Assembly: GCA_041640655.1 (NCBI GenBank) | Contig: JBEPZV010000006.1 | Span: 23,000-86,999, forward strand | Length of the DNA: 64,000 bases | Source of the DNA: a bacterium | GTDB taxonomy: Bacteria > Acidobacteriota > Blastocatellia > HR10 | Direction: 5' to 3' | In this document: one piece after another, positions 29,415 to 42,771 of the stretch | Numbering within the stretch: the first letter of the stretch is position 1 | How the letters are laid out: every line of letters begins with the position of its first letter | The notes under the pieces: model-generated | The model's database searches: none | Seen by the model: the letters and a program-made list of their open reading frames with translations, nothing else | Told to the model about the DNA's origin: nothing | Translations under genes and position numbers: made by a program

Positions 29415-31346
29415 CTACAGCCCCGACCTCTGCCCGACCGCGTGCGCGCCACGCATCCCCACGTAGATGCCTCCACCGGTCGAAGCTGCAAAAACCCGAT
29501 CCCGATCATGAGGATCAAAGGCCACAATCCACGCCCGCCAGACCGCCCGATCAATCCGCCGCCACGTCTCCCCCCGATCGGATGAAAAGTACACCGCCCC
29601 CGTCCGATAGTCCGCGACCGACATCTCTCGTGGTTCATCAGGGCGAACGGCGATCGCCGTGACATCCGCATGAGGCAGTCCATGAGCACACCGCTCCCAA
29701 TCCCGGCCGCCGTTTCGCGATCGATAGAGTCCCCACGGAGTCCCGACGAAAAGAAGCTCAGGATCCTCCGGATGTTCAAGAAACACGTGAACTCTCCCCA
29801 GACGGCGAGGTAACTCACGCTCTATCCATGAGGCACCACCATCGGCGCTCATCAGAAGGCGTCCCTCTGCCCCGATCCATATTCGCCCGGTCCGCCCCAC
29901 GTGCACCACCACCCAGTCACCCCCCGAATGCACGCGCTCCCAACGGCCCTGCACCTCATCATAGCGAAAGAGTCCGCTGGCCGTGAGCGCCAGGATCTTT
30001 CCATCCCGAGTCTCGGCCAGCTGCCGAGTCTCCTCCGGTAAAGGAGGTCCTCTCCTCCAACTCCCCCCTCGATCGTCCGAGATGAAGAGTCCCATATCCG
30101 TGAGCACCCAGAGCCGTCGCCCCTCCCGCCGCGATTGCAGGATCACCCGTACCGATCCCGATACTCGCCCGCTCGGCCACCAGCTCATGCCGCCATCTTC
30201 GCTGATGAAGAGGCTGCCTTCAATCCCCCCCTTCATCACCCCACAGTAGATGCGCCCCGGGACATCTCGATCCACGAGAAGGCTCGTGACAACCCAACTG
30301 GAGAACCCTCGATTCGAAGGCTGAAACGTCATCCCCCCATCACGGCTGATCCAGATGCCCGCCTCTTCCGTAGCAATGAGAACACGCCGGGGTTCTTGAG
30401 GATGAAGGGCGATGTCCTGGACAGTCAACCTTCTATTTGTTATCAGACGCCACGTTGCCCCGCCATCTCCCGTCCGCCACAACCCCTCGGTCGTCCCCGC
30501 AAAAAGCACCATGGTCTGCCCCACCGGCCGCGCCAACACCAAAACCCGACGACTTCGTGACGGCATCGCCGTCAAGCGCACCCAGCTTCGCCCTCCATTC
30601 GCCGAACGATAGACCCCCGTACACGCGCTCAACCACATGAGCTCCGGATCCCGTTCGTCCATGAGAATGCTGAAGATCTCCGAGTCGTCCAGAATCCCCG
30701 TCTCCCGACTCCCCGCCTTCACCCACGTCCGTCCCCCATCGGTCGTCTTCCAGGGCAAATGCCATGTCCCCACATACAGGACCTGATCCGACCGTGGATG
30801 AATCGCCACGGACTCGATGTTTCGAATCTCCGGGTCTCCAGCCGGAGAGATCCGCCGCCACGATTCCCCCCGGTCCTCGCTCCGAAAGACTCCATCCAAA
30901 GCTCCGAAGATGAGAACTCGCGGAGCGCTCGGCGCTTGAGCCAGAGCCCGCACGGCATGCCCCTCCGTCCCCGACAAAAGCGCCCATGTCCGCCCGCCAT
31001 CACGACTCCGATAAATCCCCCCGTTGTTTTCAGCGAACACGGACCACCCCCCGACGTAGATCGTTTGAGAATCCTCCGCATCCACCAAGATGTCGGAGAC
31101 GCAGAATCCCGGACGATGGAATCCCGAGAGCGCCTGCCAGCTCTCCCCTCCATCCTCGGAGAGGTAAAGTTGCCCATCGCAGGTTCCGACGAAGATCCGG
31201 TGCGGATCACGAGGATCAACGGCCAGCCGCCGTGCTTCTCCGCCAAACGGCCCCACCAGGGTCCAGGACCAGGGCGTCTCCCAATCGTCCTCCACACCCG
31301 GAACCACCATCACAAGCAGAAGAATCCCCACAAGCCCTCGCCCCAT
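29415..31346 (-). CDS. Secreted BNR/Asp-box beta-propeller protein (VPS10/YCF48-like)
   Basis: Signal peptide; GPFGG start; more than 10 SxDGGxTW-type Asp-box repeats; SD GGAGGAGG. Confidence 0.88.
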   Translation of the reverse strand: MGRGLVGILLLVMVVPGVEDDWETPWSWTLVGPFGGEARRLAVDPRDPHRIFVGTCDGQLYLSEDGGESWQALSGFHRPGFCVSDILVDAEDSQTIYVGGWSVFAENNGGIYRSRDGGRTWALLSGTEGHAVRALAQAPSAPRVLIFGALDGVFRSEDRGESWRRISPAGDPEIRNIESVAIHPRSDQVLYVGTWHLPWKTTDGGRTWVKAGSRETGILDDSEIFSILMDERDPELMWLSACTGVYRSANGGRSWVRLTAMPSRSRRVLVLARPVGQTMVLFAGTTEGLWRTGDGGATWRLITNRRLTVQDIALHPQEPRRVLIATEEAGIWISRDGGMTFQPSNRGFSSWVVTSLLVDRDVPGRIYCGVMKGGIEGSLFISEDGGMSWWPSGRVSGSVRVILQSRREGRRLWVLTDMGLFISDDRGGSWRRGPPLPEETRQLAETRDGKILALTASGLFRYDEVQGRWERVHSGGDWVVVHVGRTGRIWIGAEGRLLMSADGGASWIERELPRRLGRVHVFLEHPEDPELLFVGTPWGLYRSRNGGRDWERCAHGLPHADVTAIAVRPDEPREMSVADYRTGAVYFSSDRGETWRRIDRAVWRAWIVAFDPHDRDRVFAASTGGGIYVGMRGAHAVGQRSGL

Positions 31347-31369
31347 GTCCTCCTCCGCACGCCAGAGGT

Positions 31370-32644
31370 TCACGCATAGATCCCGCGCATGCGCACGTCA
31401 TACGCCACGCGATCAATGGCCAGCATGTACGCGGCCGTTCGCAAGCTCACCCCATATCGCTCCGCGTACTGGAGCACATCGCGAAAGCTGTTGGTCATGA
31501 CCTCCTTCAGCCGATGATTCACCACGCGCTCGCTCCAGAAATACCCCATTCGATCCTGCACCCACTCGAAGTAGCTCACCGTCACCCCTCCCGCATTCGC
31601 CAGAATGTCCGGCACCACGAGAATCCCTCGCTCCTGGAGAATACGATCGGCCTGCGCCGTCGTCGGTCCATTCGCCCCCTCGCAGAGGATGCGACAGCGA
31701 ATCCGCTCGGCATTGCGAGAGGTGATCTGGTTCTCGACGGCCGCCGGGACCAGCAGCTCGCACTCCAGCTCGAGCAACTCCTCATTGGTGATCGGCTCCG
31801 CCTGCGGGTACCCCAGAAAGCTCTTCTGCTGGCGGTGGTATTCCAGGACCTCGGGGATGTTCAGGCCGTCGGGATTGAAAATCCCTCCATGAACGTCCGA
31901 GATGGCGATCACCTTGTACCCGGCCTCGTGCATGAGCCGAGCGGCGACCCCCCCGACATTGCCCGCCCCCTGAATGACGACCCGCGCCCCCTTGGGCGAG
32001 AGCCCCAGATGCCGAAAGGCCTCATTGGCCACGATCAAAAGCCCGCGTCCGGTCGCCTCGCGTCGTCCCTGCGATCCCCCCAAGCCAATCGGCTTCCCCG
32101 TCACCGACGCCGTCACCACATGGCGCGCGTGCATCGAGTACGTGTCCATGATCCAGGCCATGACCTGCTCGTCCGTATTCAAGTCCGGTGCCGGCACATC
32201 TCGCTCCGGTCCCAGGATGTCCAGAAGTTGCGCCGTATAGCGGCGGGTCAACCGTTCCAACTCCCCCCGCGACAACTCGGCCGGATTGCAGACGACGCCA
32301 CCTTTCGCCCCCCCGAAGGGGATATTCACGACCGCGCACTTCCAGGTCATCCACGCCGCCAGAGCCCGAATCTCATCCAACGTCACATCGGGCGCGAAGC
32401 GAATCCCCCCCTTGGCCGGCCCGCGCGCGAAGTTGTGCTGCACCCGATACCCGACGAAGACCTGCAAGTGCCCGTCATCCATGATCACAGGAATGTACAC
32501 GGTCACCTCCAGGCTCGGATACCGCATGAACGTATAGAGGTCCGGTTCCAGACGCAGGAGCCGCGCCGCTTGATCGAAATGATAGAGCATGGAGTCGAGC
32601 GGATTCTCCTCCTTCACGTCTTCGACCTTCTCGAATTCTCTCAT
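31370..32644 (-). CDS. gdhA: Glu/Leu/Phe/Val dehydrogenase (glutamate dehydrogenase)
   Basis: [55 protein letters not shown]. Confidence 0.93.
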   Translation of the reverse strand: MREFEKVEDVKEENPLDSMLYHFDQAARLLRLEPDLYTFMRYPSLEVTVYIPVIMDDGHLQVFVGYRVQHNFARGPAKGGIRFAPDVTLDEIRALAAWMTWKCAVVNIPFGGAKGGVVCNPAELSRGELERLTRRYTAQLLDILGPERDVPAPDLNTDEQVMAWIMDTYSMHARHVVTASVTGKPIGLGGSQGRREATGRGLLIVANEAFRHLGLSPKGARVVIQGAGNVGGVAARLMHEAGYKVIAISDVHGGIFNPDGLNIPEVLEYHRQQKSFLGYPQAEPITNEELLELECELLVPAAVENQITSRNAERIRCRILCEGANGPTTAQADRILQERGILVVPDILANAGGVTVSYFEWVQDRMGYFWSERVVNHRLKEVMTNSFRDVLQYAERYGVSLRTAAYMLAIDRVAYDVRMRGIYA

Positions 32645-32733
32645 CGTCACCCCTCGCTGCGGTGAAGATCATCCATCTCCGAGCAAGATTTTAGCACACG
32701 CCCCTGCGAAGACAACGCACGGGCTGCGCCCCA

Positions 32734-32763
32734 TTGCCCAGAGAGACCGCATCTGCCTATACT
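32734..32763 (+). promoter_or_regulatory. sigma70-type promoter of uvrA
   Basis: TTGCCC-N18-TATACT, 9 nt before the ATG, no SD. Confidence 0.55.
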
Positions 32764-32772
32764 TCTTCGCTT

Positions 32773-35598
32773 ATGGGAGAGAAGACGGCGCTCATCGTAC
32801 GCGGCGCGCGCGTGCACAATCTCAAGAACATCACCTGCCAGATCCCGCACGGGAGTCTGACGGTCATCACCGGCGTCTCTGGATCGGGGAAGTCGAGCCT
32901 GGCCTTCGACACGATCTACGCCGAAGGGCAACGCCGATACGTGGAATCGCTCTCGGCCTACGCCCGCCAATTCCTGGAGCGAATGAGGAAGCCGGACGTG
33001 GACGAGATCTCGGGCCTCTGCCCGACGATCGCCATTCACCAAAAGCCCCTCAGTCGGAATCCGCGCTCGACCGTCGCCACGCAGACGGAACTCTACGATT
33101 ACCTCCGATTGCTCTTTGCGCGGATTGGACGCGTCTTCTGCCTGAACTGCGGGATCGAAGTCACCCGCCAAACGCCCGAGACGATCGCCGATCACCTGCT
33201 ACAGTTTCCCGAAGGCCTCCGATTCTATGTCCTCTTCCCCCTCCGGCCAAAGGATCCGGTCGGCAACGGTCGCTCCCGACGCCGGCGCGATGACCTCTCG
33301 CCACAGGCGCATCTGCTCTCGCTGCGACAACGCGGCTTCACGCGCCTCTACGTGCAGGGGGATGTCCGGGAGATCACCGATCAGGAGGCGCTCCCCTCCC
33401 TGGAGGCGGCCAGCGTCCTCGTGGACCGCCTCGTCGTCCGACCCGACGTGCGATCGCGCTTGATCGACTCCCTGGAGTTATGCTATCGAGAAGGCGGTGG
33501 CATCGCCGAGATCGTCCTGCTCAGCGATCCTCCGCAAAAGCTCACGTTCACGGAGCAGTTGACGTGCCCGCGCTGCCAGGCCCGTTACCTCGATCCCGAG
33601 CCCCAACTCTTCAGCTTCAACAGCGCCTACGGCGCGTGCCCGAGTTGCCAGGGATTCGGCAATCTCATCGGGCTCGATCTGGACCTGGTCATCCCAGATC
33701 GCGGGCGCTCCCTGCAAGAGGGCGCCATCGAGCCGTGGACGAAGCCGCAATTCGAGTGGGCGCAGGCCGAGCTGCTCGCCTTCTGCCGCCGCGCCAAAAT
33801 CCCCACCGATGTCCCCTTCGCCCAACTCTCCCGAGAGCACCAGCGATGGATCCTCAACGGCAAGGATGACTTCCCCGGCGTGCGCGGCTTCTTCGAGTGG
33901 TTGGAGACCAAGAAATACAAGCTGCACGTGCGCGTCTTCTTGAGCAAATATCGCGGCTACACGACCTGCCCGACGTGCAAGGGGACGCGCCTGAAACCCG
34001 AAGCCTTGGCCGTGCGCGTCGGCGGGAAGACGCTCCCGGACATCTGCGCCATGAGCATCGGCGAGTGCGCCGCCTTCTTCCACGCCCTCACCCTCACGCC
34101 GCACGAGGACGCCATCGCCGGTCGGCTCCTGCATGAGATCCGACAGCGCCTGACGTTCCTGGTGGAGGTCGGCCTCGACTACATCACGCTTGATCGGCTC
34201 TCCTCCACCCTCTCCGGCGGAGAGGCGCAGCGCATCCAGCTCGCCACCAATCTCGGCGCTTCCCTGGTCGGCACCCTCTATGTCCTGGATGAGCCGAGCA
34301 TCGGACTGCATCCGCGCGATACCCACCGCCTCATCCGCCTCCTCAAGCGCCTGCGCGATATCGGCAACACCGTCCTGGTCGTCGAACACGACCGCGAGAT
34401 GATCCTCGCCGCCGATCACGTCATTGACCTCGGCCCGGGAGCGGGCGAGCACGGCGGCGAGGTCGTCTTCCAAGGTCCTCCCGAAGCGCTGCTCCGCAGC
34501 TCGACCTCGCTGACCGGGAAGTATCTGCGCGGTGAACTTCAAGTCCCCGTTCCTTCCATGCGCCTTCAGCCGACAGCGCGCCGCCTCTCGATTCGCGGCG
34601 CCCGCGCGCATAACCTCAAGGATATTGACCTGGACATCCCCCTGGAGATGATGGTCTGCATCACGGGCGTCTCCGGCTCCGGGAAGTCCACGCTCGTCTA
34701 CGACGTCATCTACGCCAATCTCAAAAAACAACGCGGGGAGTGGAACCAGCCCGTCGGTCCGGTCCGGAAGATCGAGGGAGGACAGTGGCTCGAAGACATC
34801 GTCCTCGTGGATCAATCCCCCATCGGACGCACCCCGCGCTCCAACCCGGCGACCTATCTGAAGGTCTTCGACGCCATCCGCGAGCTCTTCGCCGCCACGC
34901 GCGATGCCCAAGCGCGCGGCCTCACCCCCGCGCACTTCTCGTTCAATGTTCCCGGAGGCCGATGCGAAGCCTGTGAGGGCAACGGCGTCGTGACCGTCCA
35001 GATGCAATTTCTGGCCGATGTCGAACTGATCTGCGAGCAGTGCCAGGGGACGCGCTTTCAACCGGCTCTTCTGGAGGTCCGGTATCGAGGGAAGACCATC
35101 CATGATGTCCTCACCATGACCGTCCGCGAAGCTCTCCACTTCTTCGCCGATGTGCCGAAGATCACGCGGCGGTTGGAGATCCTGGATCACATCGGCCTCG
35201 GCTATATCCGCTTGGGCCAATCGGCGACAACCCTCTCCGGAGGCGAGGCCCAACGGATCAAGCTCGCCGCCCACCTGGCGAAGGAGACGAGTGCCCGAAC
35301 CCTCTATCTCTTCGACGAACCGACCACGGGCCTTCACTTCGATGACGTGCACAAGCTGATCGCCGCCTTCCGCCGATTGATCGCCGCCGGAGGCTCGGTC
35401 ATCATCATCGAGCATAATCTGGACGTCATCAAAGCGGCGGACTGGATCATTGACCTCGGCCCCGAAGGCGGAGAGCGCGGTGGATATGTCGTCGCTCAAG
35501 GCCCACCGGAGGTGATCATGCGCGTCCCCGAATCGTACACGGGTCGGTTCCTCGCCGCCCACCTGCAACGAGAGAGAGAGACAACGTCCGCATCGTGA
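32773..35598 (+). CDS. uvrA: Excinuclease ABC subunit A
   Basis: GARVHNLK, two GVSGSGKS Walker A motifs, two LSGGEAQR signatures, CxxC zinc sites, DEPTTGLH. Confidence 0.95.
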   Translation: MGEKTALIVRGARVHNLKNITCQIPHGSLTVITGVSGSGKSSLAFDTIYAEGQRRYVESLSAYARQFLERMRKPDVDEISGLCPTIAIHQKPLSRNPRSTVATQTELYDYLRLLFARIGRVFCLNCGIEVTRQTPETIADHLLQFPEGLRFYVLFPLRPKDPVGNGRSRRRRDDLSPQAHLLSLRQRGFTRLYVQGDVREITDQEALPSLEAASVLVDRLVVRPDVRSRLIDSLELCYREGGGIAEIVLLSDPPQKLTFTEQLTCPRCQARYLDPEPQLFSFNSAYGACPSCQGFGNLIGLDLDLVIPDRGRSLQEGAIEPWTKPQFEWAQAELLAFCRRAKIPTDVPFAQLSREHQRWILNGKDDFPGVRGFFEWLETKKYKLHVRVFLSKYRGYTTCPTCKGTRLKPEALAVRVGGKTLPDICAMSIGECAAFFHALTLTPHEDAIAGRLLHEIRQRLTFLVEVGLDYITLDRLSSTLSGGEAQRIQLATNLGASLVGTLYVLDEPSIGLHPRDTHRLIRLLKRLRDIGNTVLVVEHDREMILAADHVIDLGPGAGEHGGEVVFQGPPEALLRSSTSLTGKYLRGELQVPVPSMRLQPTARRLSIRGARAHNLKDIDLDIPLEMMVCITGVSGSGKSTLVYDVIYANLKKQRGEWNQPVGPVRKIEGGQWLEDIVLVDQSPIGRTPRSNPATYLKVFDAIRELFAATRDAQARGLTPAHFSFNVPGGRCEACEGNGVVTVQMQFLADVELICEQCQGTRFQPALLEVRYRGKTIHDVLTMTVREALHFFADVPKITRRLEILDHIGLGYIRLGQSATTLSGGEAQRIKLAAHLAKETSARTLYLFDEPTTGLHFDDVHKLIAAFRRLIAAGGSVIIIEHNLDVIKAADWIIDLGPEGGERGGYVVAQGPPEVIMRVPESYTGRFLAAHLQRERETTSAS

Positions 35599-35661
35599 CG
35601 GCCACTTTTCAGGCCGCACCGCGTGTGCTAAAGTACATCCTTCAGCATGGAGACGATGCCT

Positions 35662-36159
35662 ATGAAGCGATTCCTTGTGCTCACAGCCGCACTGATCGCC
35701 CTCGGAGCGCATCCCCACCCGCCGCAGAAGCGAATACCCCTGAAGCTCCCCTCCCTCGACGGTCGCACAGTGGATCTGGCCCAATATCGAGGGCAGATCA
35801 TCGTCCTCTCCTTCGGCGCCACCTGGTGCCCCCCATGTCGCGAGGAGCTGCCCGTCCTGCAAAAAGTCGCCGATCAGTACAAGGGACGCCCCGTCGCCTT
35901 CTTCTGGGTCAGCATAGATGATCCCGATGTCTCCGCGGAACAACTGCGCCAGTTCGTCTCGCGACTCGGCGTGCGTATCCCCGTGCTTCGCGATCCCGAG
36001 GCGAGCATCCTCCAGGAGTTCAAGACCGATGGAGTTCCTGCCCTCCTGATCCTCGATCGGGACGGAACCCCCATTGGCCCCCCGCACGTGGGCTTCGCCG
36101 ATCCGGAGAGCTACAGAAGCGAGCTGACCAAAACTCTTGAGGCCCTGCTCAAGCCATGA
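35662..36159 (+). CDS. TlpA/ResA-like thiol-disulfide oxidoreductase
   Basis: Signal/TM segment, FGATWCPPCREELP, cis-Pro loop GVP. Confidence 0.88.
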   Translation: MKRFLVLTAALIALGAHPHPPQKRIPLKLPSLDGRTVDLAQYRGQIIVLSFGATWCPPCREELPVLQKVADQYKGRPVAFFWVSIDDPDVSAEQLRQFVSRLGVRIPVLRDPEASILQEFKTDGVPALLILDRDGTPIGPPHVGFADPESYRSELTKTLEALLKP

Positions 36160-37058
36160 GCCCGCCCCCCGTGGTCCTGGAGACGAATATCCCGACCTAT
36201 CCCCTCCTTCGTCGGGGGAAGGTCCGCGATATCTATGCCATTGATGAGGAGCGCCTGTTGATCGTCGCAACCGATCGCATCTCGGCGTTCGACGTCGTCC
36301 TGCCCGACGGGATCCCCGGTAAGGGAGCGATCCTCACCCAGCTCTCGGCCTTCTGGTTCCGCCTCCTGGAACCGATCGTCCCGCACCACCTCATCACGAC
36401 GGAGATCGAAACGCTCGAGGGCCTCACGGCCGCCGAGCGCGATCTCTTGCGCGCGCGTAGCATGCTCGTCTATCGTGCTCGTCCAATCCCCATCGAATGC
36501 GTCGTCCGCGGGTACCTGGCGGGATCGGCCTGGAGCGAGTACCAACACTCGGGAACCGTCTGCGGCCTCCCCCTGCCCGAAGGGCTCGTTGAAGCCGCTC
36601 GCCTCCCGGAGCCGATCTTCACCCCGGCCATCAAAGCTGCCGAAGGACACGATGTCAATATCTCCGAGGCCGAGATGGCCGATCGCATCGGGACAGAGCT
36701 GACCCGACGGCTCAAGGACCTCAGCCTGACGCTCTATAGCCGCGCTGCCGACTACGCCCTCGCCCGCGGCCTCATCCTCGCCGATACGAAGTTCGAGTTC
36801 GGATGGCGAGATGATGCGCTCCTGTGGATTGATGAAGCGCTGACGCCGGATTCCTCCCGCTTCTGGGCCGTCGAGGACTACGCGCCGGGACGTTCGCAAC
36901 CCTCCTTCGATAAGCAATTCCTCCGCGACTATCTGAATGCCATCGGATGGGACAAATCGCCTCCGGCTCCCCACCTCCCCCAGCCCATCATCGAGCAAAC
37001 GGCCGAGCGATACCGAACAGCATATCGCCTCTTGACTGGAGAGGACCTGAAGCCATGA
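36156..37058 (+). CDS. purC: SAICAR synthetase
   Basis: RGKVRDIY, ATDRISAFD, ECVVRGYL, LADTKFEFG, DEALTPDSSRFW. Confidence 0.97.
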   Translation: MSPPPVVLETNIPTYPLLRRGKVRDIYAIDEERLLIVATDRISAFDVVLPDGIPGKGAILTQLSAFWFRLLEPIVPHHLITTEIETLEGLTAAERDLLRARSMLVYRARPIPIECVVRGYLAGSAWSEYQHSGTVCGLPLPEGLVEAARLPEPIFTPAIKAAEGHDVNISEAEMADRIGTELTRRLKDLSLTLYSRAADYALARGLILADTKFEFGWRDDALLWIDEALTPDSSRFWAVEDYAPGRSQPSFDKQFLRDYLNAIGWDKSPPAPHLPQPIIEQTAERYRTAYRLLTGEDLKP

Positions 37059-37543
37059 CCGTTCTCGATGCCCTCGTTCTCTTCACCGTCGGCCTCTCAA
37101 TGCTCAGGGGCTTCGCTCGAGGACTCGTGCGAAGCCTGATCACGACCATTGCCGCAATCGGTGGTTTCTTCCTGGCCAGCTCTTCCTACCGCGGGGCCGT
37201 GCCACTTGTCCGCCCCATGGTCGAATCTGAGACGATGGCCCACCTGCTCGCCTTCCTCGGCACCTATCTGCTTGTGCTCGCCATCGGCCTCATGCTCGCT
37301 CGCATTCTTCACTCGGGCGTGCGACGAGCCCATCTGAGCTGGCTCGATCACCTGATGGGCAGCCTCTTCGGATTCCTACGCGGATGGGCGCTCTGTTCGG
37401 TCGTCTACCTCGCCCTGAGCGTCTTCCCCTGGCACCCCGATCTGCTGCGCGAGAGCCGATCCTCCCCATATCTCGAGCGCGGAGCAGCACTCATCAGCCG
37501 CTTGGCCTCCCAACACCTGCCCCGTTTTCCATCCCCACTGTAG
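37055..37543 (+). CDS. cvpA: CvpA (colicin V production) family membrane protein
   Basis: RGFARGLVR, four TM segments, LDHLMGSLFGFLRG; ATGA overlap with purC. Confidence 0.85.
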   Translation: MTVLDALVLFTVGLSMLRGFARGLVRSLITTIAAIGGFFLASSSYRGAVPLVRPMVESETMAHLLAFLGTYLLVLAIGLMLARILHSGVRRAHLSWLDHLMGSLFGFLRGWALCSVVYLALSVFPWHPDLLRESRSSPYLERGAALISRLASQHLPRFPSPL

Positions 37544-37682
37544 GCGCGTCCCCCTTTGCTCCCTCCGCGCCATACGACGGGCCACGAAGACCACTCCAAA
37601 AACCGCGAATTTAGTCCCCCCCCAGTGAGCGCGCGAACGATCCAAAAAGAATAGCAGTTATCGGACGTGAGTTTCACAAGAG

Positions 37683-38165
37683 CTAGAGCTTGTACCCGAT
37701 CCGCCGAAGCAGCTCCTTTCGCTTCCCACGCTCTTCCTCACCCTCAACCCCTTTAGCGGCCAAACCATCTACCACGCCTAAAATCCCCCGCCCTTGCTCC
37801 GTCTCCACCAGAATGACCTGCACAGGATTGGCCGTCGCGCAATGGACCGTGCACACCTCCTGACAGGCCTTGATCGCGTTGAGGACATTGATCGGATATC
37901 CCTCTCGCAACAGGAGCACGAACGTATGCCCGGCTCCCAATTGCTGCGCATTCCGAATGGCCGCGTCCCGCAACTCCGCGTCGTTTCCCTCATGCCGGAT
38001 CAAACACGGGCCGGACGCTTCGCAAAAGGCCAATCCGAATTTGAGATGTGGCGAGCTGGTCACCATCACCTCATAGAGATCCTCGACCGTCTTGATGAAA
38101 TGCGCATGCCCGACGATGATGTTGCAGCCGGGAGGAATCTCCAAGGGAACGATCTTCAATTCCAT
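37683..38165 (-). CDS. Adenosine-specific kinase family protein (DUF355)
   Basis: NIIVGHAHFIKTVEDLYE, FGLAFCEASG, YPINVLN, CATANP, GVVDG, IGYKL. Confidence 0.88.
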   Translation of the reverse strand: MELKIVPLEIPPGCNIIVGHAHFIKTVEDLYEVMVTSSPHLKFGLAFCEASGPCLIRHEGNDAELRDAAIRNAQQLGAGHTFVLLLREGYPINVLNAIKACQEVCTVHCATANPVQVILVETEQGRGILGVVDGLAAKGVEGEEERGKRKELLRRIGYKL

Positions 38166-38247
38166 GCCTCCCTCCTCGATGTGTGAGATGGAGTCATATT
38201 CTGCCCGAGCGCGACGTGCTCACGCAAGCGCCCATGCCAATGCGCCC

Positions 38248-39885
38248 TCACACCTTCAGGATCGTCCTGCTCTCAACGGCGTCGCTCCCGGAAGCAGCGA
38301 AATACGCCTCCAGAGGGACAGAGAAGCTCCGCTCGATCCTCTCTCGGAACGTGATCCCCGAGTTGTACGTGCAGAAGGGATAGATCCGCCCATCCGGCGC
38401 CGCGTAATGGATCACGCAGCGCATGACGCGATCGAGCTGATAGTTGTAAGCGTCCATGAAATGCATCCCGGCGACCATGAGTGTGCGATAGGTGAGGCGT
38501 TCCTCGTTCTCCCCGCGCCCGATGCGCTTATCCACAAGCCCCTCTAATGTCCGGAGGAACTTCGGATAGGTCAATCCCGGCGGGGCCGCTTCGGGACGGA
38601 AGAAGCGCCGGAGGACGACGTAGGCCAGGAGGGCCCGCCCCCTTCGGGACGGAACGCGCGCGATCCTCGGTGCCCATTCCCGAAAGGCCCGCAGCATCCC
38701 CTCCACATCCACGAAGCGCGTGACGGGAATCGCCGTCTTCGTGCGCGCATCCACAAAGAGGTAGGTCGCCAGCGAACAGTGGGGGTGACACGTGAGGGCG
38801 ATCGTCTCTTCCCCCTGCAATGCGCTCAGAAATTCCGAGAACGAGACGGTACACGGCGTGGGATACCAATCGTGATAGGTGTCCACGATCCCGGTCTGCT
38901 CGGCCAAGTCCTTCACCAGATCCGTGAGCGTATAGCGCATCTGCTGACGCTTCTTCTGCGCGATACGCCCGGTGAAGGTCACCGGCTGATAGGTGATCCC
39001 CGAGGCGACGTCTATGTTCTCGATGGCGAATCGCAGGATGCGGCCCACTTCGTGATCGTTCACGCCCCGCGCGACCGTCGGGACGAAGACGATCTTCAAC
39101 CCGGCTCGACGAGCCGCCTCAACGGCTCGCAGCTTCAACTCCAAAAGCGCTTGCCCCCGCGTCCGGCGATAGATCTCATCGCTCAAGCCGTCGAACTGCA
39201 GATAGAGCGTATGGAGTCCGGCCTCGGCGCACCGCTCGGCGAAATCCGGTTCGATGGCGAACCGAAGGCCATTGGTGGCGACCTGAATGTGCGAGAACCC
39301 CAGGTCTCGCGCCATCCTCACGGCTTCGAGGAAATGGGGGTAAATGGTCGGCTCCCCGCCGGAGAATTGAACGACGCGAGCCGCCACGGGGCGCATCTCG
39401 CGCAGTTGCCGAAGCATCCGAAAGACCTGCTCCAGCGACGGTTCGTACACATATCCCGCCGCGTTCGCATTGGCGAAGCAGACGGGGCAGGTCAGATTGC
39501 ACCGATTCGTCAGGTCAATATTGGCCAGCCCCGTATGGCTCACATGCATCTGACAGAGACCGCAGTCTTGCGGACACAACACGGCATCCGGCACGGCCGG
39601 ATTGGAAACCCCTCGTCCGCCCTCGAAGGCCCATTGCTCGGCCTTCAGGTAGAGGCGGACATCGGACCAGACGATGTCCTGAAACTCGCCGTGTTCGGGA
39701 CACTGCTTCGCCATGAGCACCTTCTCCTCATGCTCGAAGAGTCGTGCCGGGATGATCCGGAGACATTCCGGACAGAGAGAGGCGACGGTCTTCGGCAATC
39801 CCGTCGCCAAAGGCGCAATGGGCGCTCCGCCATGAGTTCGCTCCGGAGAGCATCTGGCCGGCCTTCTCACCTTGAGCGGTCTCAT
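38248..39885 (-). CDS. Radical SAM protein, tetraether lipid synthase (Tes/GDGT-MAS)-like
   Basis: SLCPEC..CPEHG, CPQDCGLC, LANIDLTNRCNLTCPVCFANA, CHPHC, MHFMDAYN..RCVIHY..PDGRIYPFCTYN. Confidence 0.8.
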   Translation of the reverse strand: MRPLKVRRPARCSPERTHGGAPIAPLATGLPKTVASLCPECLRIIPARLFEHEEKVLMAKQCPEHGEFQDIVWSDVRLYLKAEQWAFEGGRGVSNPAVPDAVLCPQDCGLCQMHVSHTGLANIDLTNRCNLTCPVCFANANAAGYVYEPSLEQVFRMLRQLREMRPVAARVVQFSGGEPTIYPHFLEAVRMARDLGFSHIQVATNGLRFAIEPDFAERCAEAGLHTLYLQFDGLSDEIYRRTRGQALLELKLRAVEAARRAGLKIVFVPTVARGVNDHEVGRILRFAIENIDVASGITYQPVTFTGRIAQKKRQQMRYTLTDLVKDLAEQTGIVDTYHDWYPTPCTVSFSEFLSALQGEETIALTCHPHCSLATYLFVDARTKTAIPVTRFVDVEGMLRAFREWAPRIARVPSRRGRALLAYVVLRRFFRPEAAPPGLTYPKFLRTLEGLVDKRIGRGENEERLTYRTLMVAGMHFMDAYNYQLDRVMRCVIHYAAPDGRIYPFCTYNSGITFRERIERSFSVPLEAYFAASGSDAVESRTILKV

Positions 39886-40068
39886 AGGCCTCCTCCTCGA
39901 CCACCGTTTCTCGGACGAAAAGAACCCTTTACATGAATCTCTGAAAGCAAACATCGGGCCGGAGCTCGGCCTCCCCCTCACAAGTTCCCGAGCATGAGCC
40001 CGTTACCGCCATCTCGGGGATGCTCCCGGGACGAGCTCGAGCGCGGGATTTCCCGCGCCCTTGTGTGA

Positions 40069-42012
<1,944 letters not shown>

Positions 42013-42031
42013 GGTCTCCGTCGCCAGCGCG

Positions 42032-42520
42032 CTAGGACGCCTCTCCCTCGCCCAACTCCTGGTGGAGGGTGACGAGCTTGATGATCTCGAACCGGCGCCG
42101 TCGAGCCGGTGTCTGCACGATCACCTCATCCCCCTCGCGCTTCCCCAACAGGCTCGATCCGATCGGAGAGGAGACGGAGATGACGCCGCGCTCAGGGTCC
42201 ACCTCATCGCCTAAGGCCAGGCGGTAGGTCACCTCTTCTCCGGTATCCAAGTCCAGGAGCGTGACCGTAGAACCATAGGCCACGCGATCCCGGGGAAGAG
42301 CGTTCACGTTGAGCATCGAGAGATCGGAGAGCTGTTTGCGGATCTGCGCGATGCGCGCGCGGACGAACTCCTGGCGCTGAAGCGCTGCCTGATATTCGGC
42401 GTTCTCCCGTAAGTCGCCGTGCGCCAGGGCCTTCTGCAACTCCTTCGGCAACTCAAACTTCAACTCGTTCTCCAACGCGCGCAGCTCCGCTTCAAGCCGC
42501 TCCTTGAGTTTCGCGAGCAC
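42032..42520 (-). CDS. greA: Transcription elongation factor GreA/GreB family
   Basis: ALAHGDLRENAEY, ISVSSPIGSSLLGK; GTG start with SD GGAGG; upstream TTGAAT-N16-TATACT. Confidence 0.9.
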   Translation of the reverse strand: MLAKLKERLEAELRALENELKFELPKELQKALAHGDLRENAEYQAALQRQEFVRARIAQIRKQLSDLSMLNVNALPRDRVAYGSTVTLLDLDTGEEVTYRLALGDEVDPERGVISVSSPIGSSLLGKREGDEVIVQTPARRRRFEIIKLVTLHQELGEGEAS

Positions 42521-42771
42521 GTTCGTCCCTCCTCCCGCTGCTGGATTTTTCACCTTAAGTATAGCTGGCTCGCGCGGAAATTCAAGGGATTGCCCCTCGC
42601 ACATGGTGAAGCGCCAGCACCTTGCTTGTCGTTCCTACGCGGTCTTCGCTATAGTAATTAGGCGATCTCAGAGGGGGCGAGGAAGGGGATGACGCGGAAT
42701 TCGTCCAACAGGAGGGCGAGGGGCGCACAGCGATCCGCACGCGCCTTCATCTCTGCCGGAGAGGGCGACAT

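Noticed and set aside
38528..38536. Perfect DnaA box TTATCCACA
   Set aside because: Single copy inside a CDS, with no cluster or AT-rich unwinding element.
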